This document shows positions 60,213-64,000 of a stretch of DNA of 64,000 nucleotides, piece after piece (the stretch's first letter is position 1; each line of letters begins with the position of its first letter). The notes beneath the pieces are model-generated. The model was not told the origin of the DNA. It saw only the letters and a program-made list of their open reading frames with translations, and searched no databases. The stretch lies in assembly GCA_964016885.1 (NCBI GenBank), contig OZ024740.1:288052001-288116000 (forward strand). The letters are read 5' to 3'. Source of the DNA: Eledone cirrhosa. Taxonomy: Eukaryota. Position numbers and translations under genes: made by a program.

Positions 60213-60392
60213 CGAGGGTGGGCTGAAAAATTCATAGGCTGACCAAGATACTCTCATGGAATGACCAAATGAAGTTTATTTTTCAAAAAATGCAATTATT
60301 AATAAGAAGAGTTGAAATTAATGCATGCAAGATTTCTCAGCTCTAGCATCACTCCTTCATAGTCAGCCTATGTACTCTTCACCCCCCCCTCA
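60213..60392. mobile_element. mariner-type MITE
   Basis: CGAGGGTGGGCTGAAAAATTCATAGGCTGAC / GTCAGCCTATGTACTCTTCACCCCCCCCTCA, TA flanks. Confidence 0.7.
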
Positions 60393-61160
60393 TACATGCA
60401 ATATTGACAATATTAATGGAGTCCCTCATTAGACTCTCTAATAGCTCAGATTATCTACCTCAGTGTAATCTGTTTAATATAGAGTGACAATAAAATGTAT
60501 TCAATCAGTACTTAATGAATGCAGAACAAAATATATCGTGGCACTCTACTATTGTAGCACTTAAGTACTGCAATCACTAAAGTCTAAGTCTAAAGTCTGT
60601 CTTAAGCCAGAAGGCTCACTTGGCCGGTGCTCATGCCGTGAAACGGCTGAGAGTACAAGACAGAACGCCAGTCCATCGCAGGGTTAAACCCCGAGCTATT
60701 GCTGTTACTTATTTTCAGCTGAGTATACTGGAGCAACGTGAAATGAAGTGTTTTGTTTAAGTACACAACACGCCACCCAGGAATCGAACCTACGACATTA
60801 TGATCGTAAGTCCAACACCCTTACCACTAGGCCACGTACCTCCACTGTAATCACTAACAAACACAATAACACATTAAGCAGCAAAGGGTTTTGTGAAAGG
60901 TTTACATTAAAATGTATAATAGAAATAGGTTATGCGAGAAATGAGAGGCGTGGGATCAGTATTGGCTAGAGTATTGTATATAGACTATCGGCAAAATATT
61001 TCCCGCAATCAAACTTGAAACTCGCTAACAACGTATCTAAAAAACCTACATGAAAAAATAAATAATTGTTTCTACTTTTGACACAAGGCCAGCAATTATC
61101 CTAGTGTATTACTGGTACTAAAACGGTTTAAGCATTAAGAGACTAAAACAGTAACTTAAT

Positions 61161-61541
61161 CAGACCTGCCAACCGCTAAAATCCCAAACGGGGAGTACCA
61201 TGAAAAAAAGTACCCCAAAACGGGGAGAAATGAGGCAGAAATGGGGAGATTTTAAATAATTGTTTCTACTTTAGGCACAAGGCCAGCAATTACCCAGTGC
61301 ATTACTGGTACTTTATTTTATCGACCCCGTAAGGATGAAAGGCAAAGTCAACCTCGGCGGGATTTGAACTCAGGTCGTAAAGGGACGTAACTATGGTGGA
61401 AAGCATGGCGTCCGACCCTCTACCGATACTGCCAATCCACCGCCTTTCAAGAGATTTTAAATAATGAAAGCTATACTCATTTTCACAAGACATCTCTCGC
61501 CGGGATATCTCCCCGTCGGGCGGGGAGAGTTGACAGGTCTG
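61161..61541. mobile_element. hAT (Tip100-like) MITE carrying a SINE with 15-bp TSD
   Basis: TIR CAGACCTGCCAAC / GTTGACAGGTCTG. SINE 61261-61450 (-) flanked by GAGATTTTAAATAAT at 61246 and 61451. Confidence 0.75.
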
Positions 61542-62434
61542 TAATCACCACTTTATTTCATCAAATATTTTTTTTTATTGATAGGAACCACTCAATTAAT
61601 ATATATGCTAATTACCTATTGTTAATATGATAATTAAGATTACAAAGGAATAGATTCCTTTGCAAACAAGGAAAATTATTCGAGACGAGAATAAAATTTC
61701 TATGATTTGATCCAATCAAAGACTGATAAATCGGTAGCATAGATAGATTCGAAGATTTTCTTATAGATACTGATGTTGTCCCACAAATATAGTAATAGGG
61801 TAATAGAACTCAGAAAGAAAAGAATGCAACAATGAAGTTAGAAAGATCGTAGTGAATGAGTGATGTAGAGAATAGGTCGTGTGCTTTAAGAGAGGAGGGA
61901 CGGGGAAAATTGACAGGTCTGACTTAATGTAAGTGGCACACACCTATCAATTGGTAAAATTAAAAGTTACATTATTTTTAATTGATGCACTTCCTCATGC
62001 AGTGCACCATTCGTATAAAAAGTTCCCCGCTCTTGCTCTCGACAACAGGTTGGATGCAGTCCATAAGCGTGCCACGAATCTTTTCAATGTTTTATATGTA
62101 AGATATGATGTGATATACATGTGGGGCATGGGCAAAATTAATTTCAAAAAATCAAAAGTGAGCAATTTCAAAAAAAGAAGTTGCTGATTCCAGCTCCAGA
62201 TTAAGCGAGGCAACACTTTAGTCTATTTACTAGGCAATAATCTGTGCTATATGATATGTCATATTGTGGACCAGAGGTGGAGAACCTTTTTGGTACTAGT
62301 CGAATTGCAACTGCACAAGTATATATGGAGGCCTATCTGTGGTTATCAGTAGAGTAATGGTCTAGATTAGATAATAGCATAGAGTTAAGCCTAGAGTACT
62401 GACTTGACCATTGTTTTAACTATTGCCAATAGAG

Positions 62435-63196
62435 CAGTCATTCCCAAAGTATGTTCCGTGAAAAGAATTCGAAGATTCCGCGAGGTAATGTATGTTTTTT
62501 AAATAAATTTTAATTAAAAAATTCCTATATGTTTACATTTTTAGGAAATGTAAATTTTTAGGAAATGTAGAAAATCTAGAACGCAAAAAATTAACTGTAA
62601 CTACAGACGATTGCTATAAATAATAGCTTTAAAAATATTTATAATAATCGACTGTAGTTACAGTTATTTTCTGCGTTCGAAATTTTCTACATTTCTTAAG
62701 AATTTCAACTAACTCGACGCTCCAGTAGTTTGTTTACAAATGTCGTTACTATATGTTTATTTTTTTAATATGAATAAATTCTCTCAAATACAATTTCTGT
62801 TACATTTAATGTCCTATAACGTCAGATTAAATTCCTCGGTATTTGTTCTAACTCTGTGTCCTGACTTCAAATTTGCTTTTCGAGATTGATAAATAAAGTA
62901 TCAGCCCAGAAGCGATGGATTGGTAGAATTGTTAAAGAGTCAGACAGAGATATTTGTTTTATTCGATTTGGCTCTCTGCGTCTGAGTTCAAACCATGCCT
63001 CTATCTGCTAGGAATTGCGACCGACAGATAGTATTAGCAATGGAAAGACTAGTGGAAACATAATTTACTTGGTTCAATCTGACGATCGGTTTCGTTCCTT
63101 TCCCCATTTTTCTTAATATCATATAAAATTTGTATGGTAGGGATTTTCCGTAAAATCCGTTCTGCGATTCTTGGAAAATAAGTTTTGGTACCACTG
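62435..63196. mobile_element. hAT (Charlie-like) non-autonomous element, degraded
   Basis: CAGTCATTCCCAAA / TTTGGTACCACTG termini; no TSD visible; SINE pieces inside. Confidence 0.5.
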
Positions 63197-63498
63197 GCTT
63201 AAGTTTTAGTCTAGAGTACTAGCTAGAGTATTGTATCAAACTAATACATATAAGTGTGACTAGAGATAGATCTATTTGAGTAGAATAGAGCAAATATTGG
63301 TGATTACTACTTGAAGTTGGAAAGGAAGAGAAAAATGGGGAGTAATGACATCAACATAGCAGCGTATATGTTTGGAGAAGTATAGTTAGGGGAGCTAATA
63401 TCTTTAATTACCAGTTGATCACGAACCGGGGCGAGGTGCAGTTTTTATGTTTAGTTTTACTGGTTTTGGACATCGGACATTGGACACCTGACATGCGG

Positions 63499-63570
<72 letters not shown>

Positions 63571-63650
63571 GTATATATATGTATATATACATTATTAAAT
63601 TCGCTACTACACTTTCGATATCTTTAGCAAACCATTACTATATACATACA

Positions 63651-64000
63651 TGGTGGCTGCCAACTCGTTTCGAGTACGGCCACTACTTTATATCCCTGTA
63701 GGAGAACCCCTACCGGTGCGCTGAACGAGTGTGACTTTTTAGTCCAGCCAGCGACTTGAAAACTCTGGTACAAACACTACACTTGTGACAATTATTGACA
63801 CATAGTGCTGGGCCCATGGTACCATGTGATGACAAGCGCAGAGAAATCTCCAGATATAAAGCAATGCCTGTGCCGTGAAGCTTTTATAGTGAGCAAAGGC
63901 ACTGCACAAAGCCAGTCCCACTCTCTTAACCAAGATGATATTTACCAAAAAGAAGAGCAAGTCAACATCATTGGATACCATCAGGGTTGCAGGTGTTATA
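63651..64000 (-). mobile_element. Non-autonomous bipartite RTE element, runs off the window
   Basis: Same family as 38681-39286. Confidence 0.8.

Overview
AT-rich, microsatellite-dense animal genomic DNA. The SINE, RTE and Penelope content looks like an octopus or other cephalopod (inference). There is no complete protein-coding gene: one plausible minus-strand exon lies at 3134-3387, and almost all ORFs in the track are microsatellite artefacts. The window holds tRNA-derived SINEs, RTE/CR1/CRE/Tx1 LINE fragments, Helitrons, MITEs and a decayed Penelope-like element (PLE) with a GIY-YIG endonuclease. The dominant hidden signal is about a dozen unrelated hammerhead ribozyme (HHR) element families, inserted in (TA)n tracts as tandem arrays (591-bp and 496-bp retrozyme-like units) or fold-back palindromes. 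The most unusual item is in the 496-bp unit and its diverged homologues at 38166-38269 and 21752-21803. It is a complete HHR core whose three strands occur in an order that is not type I, II or III. Covariation supports its helices, with a consensus kink-turn capping stem III and a four-way junction replacing stem II. All RNA structures were derived by eye and are untested.
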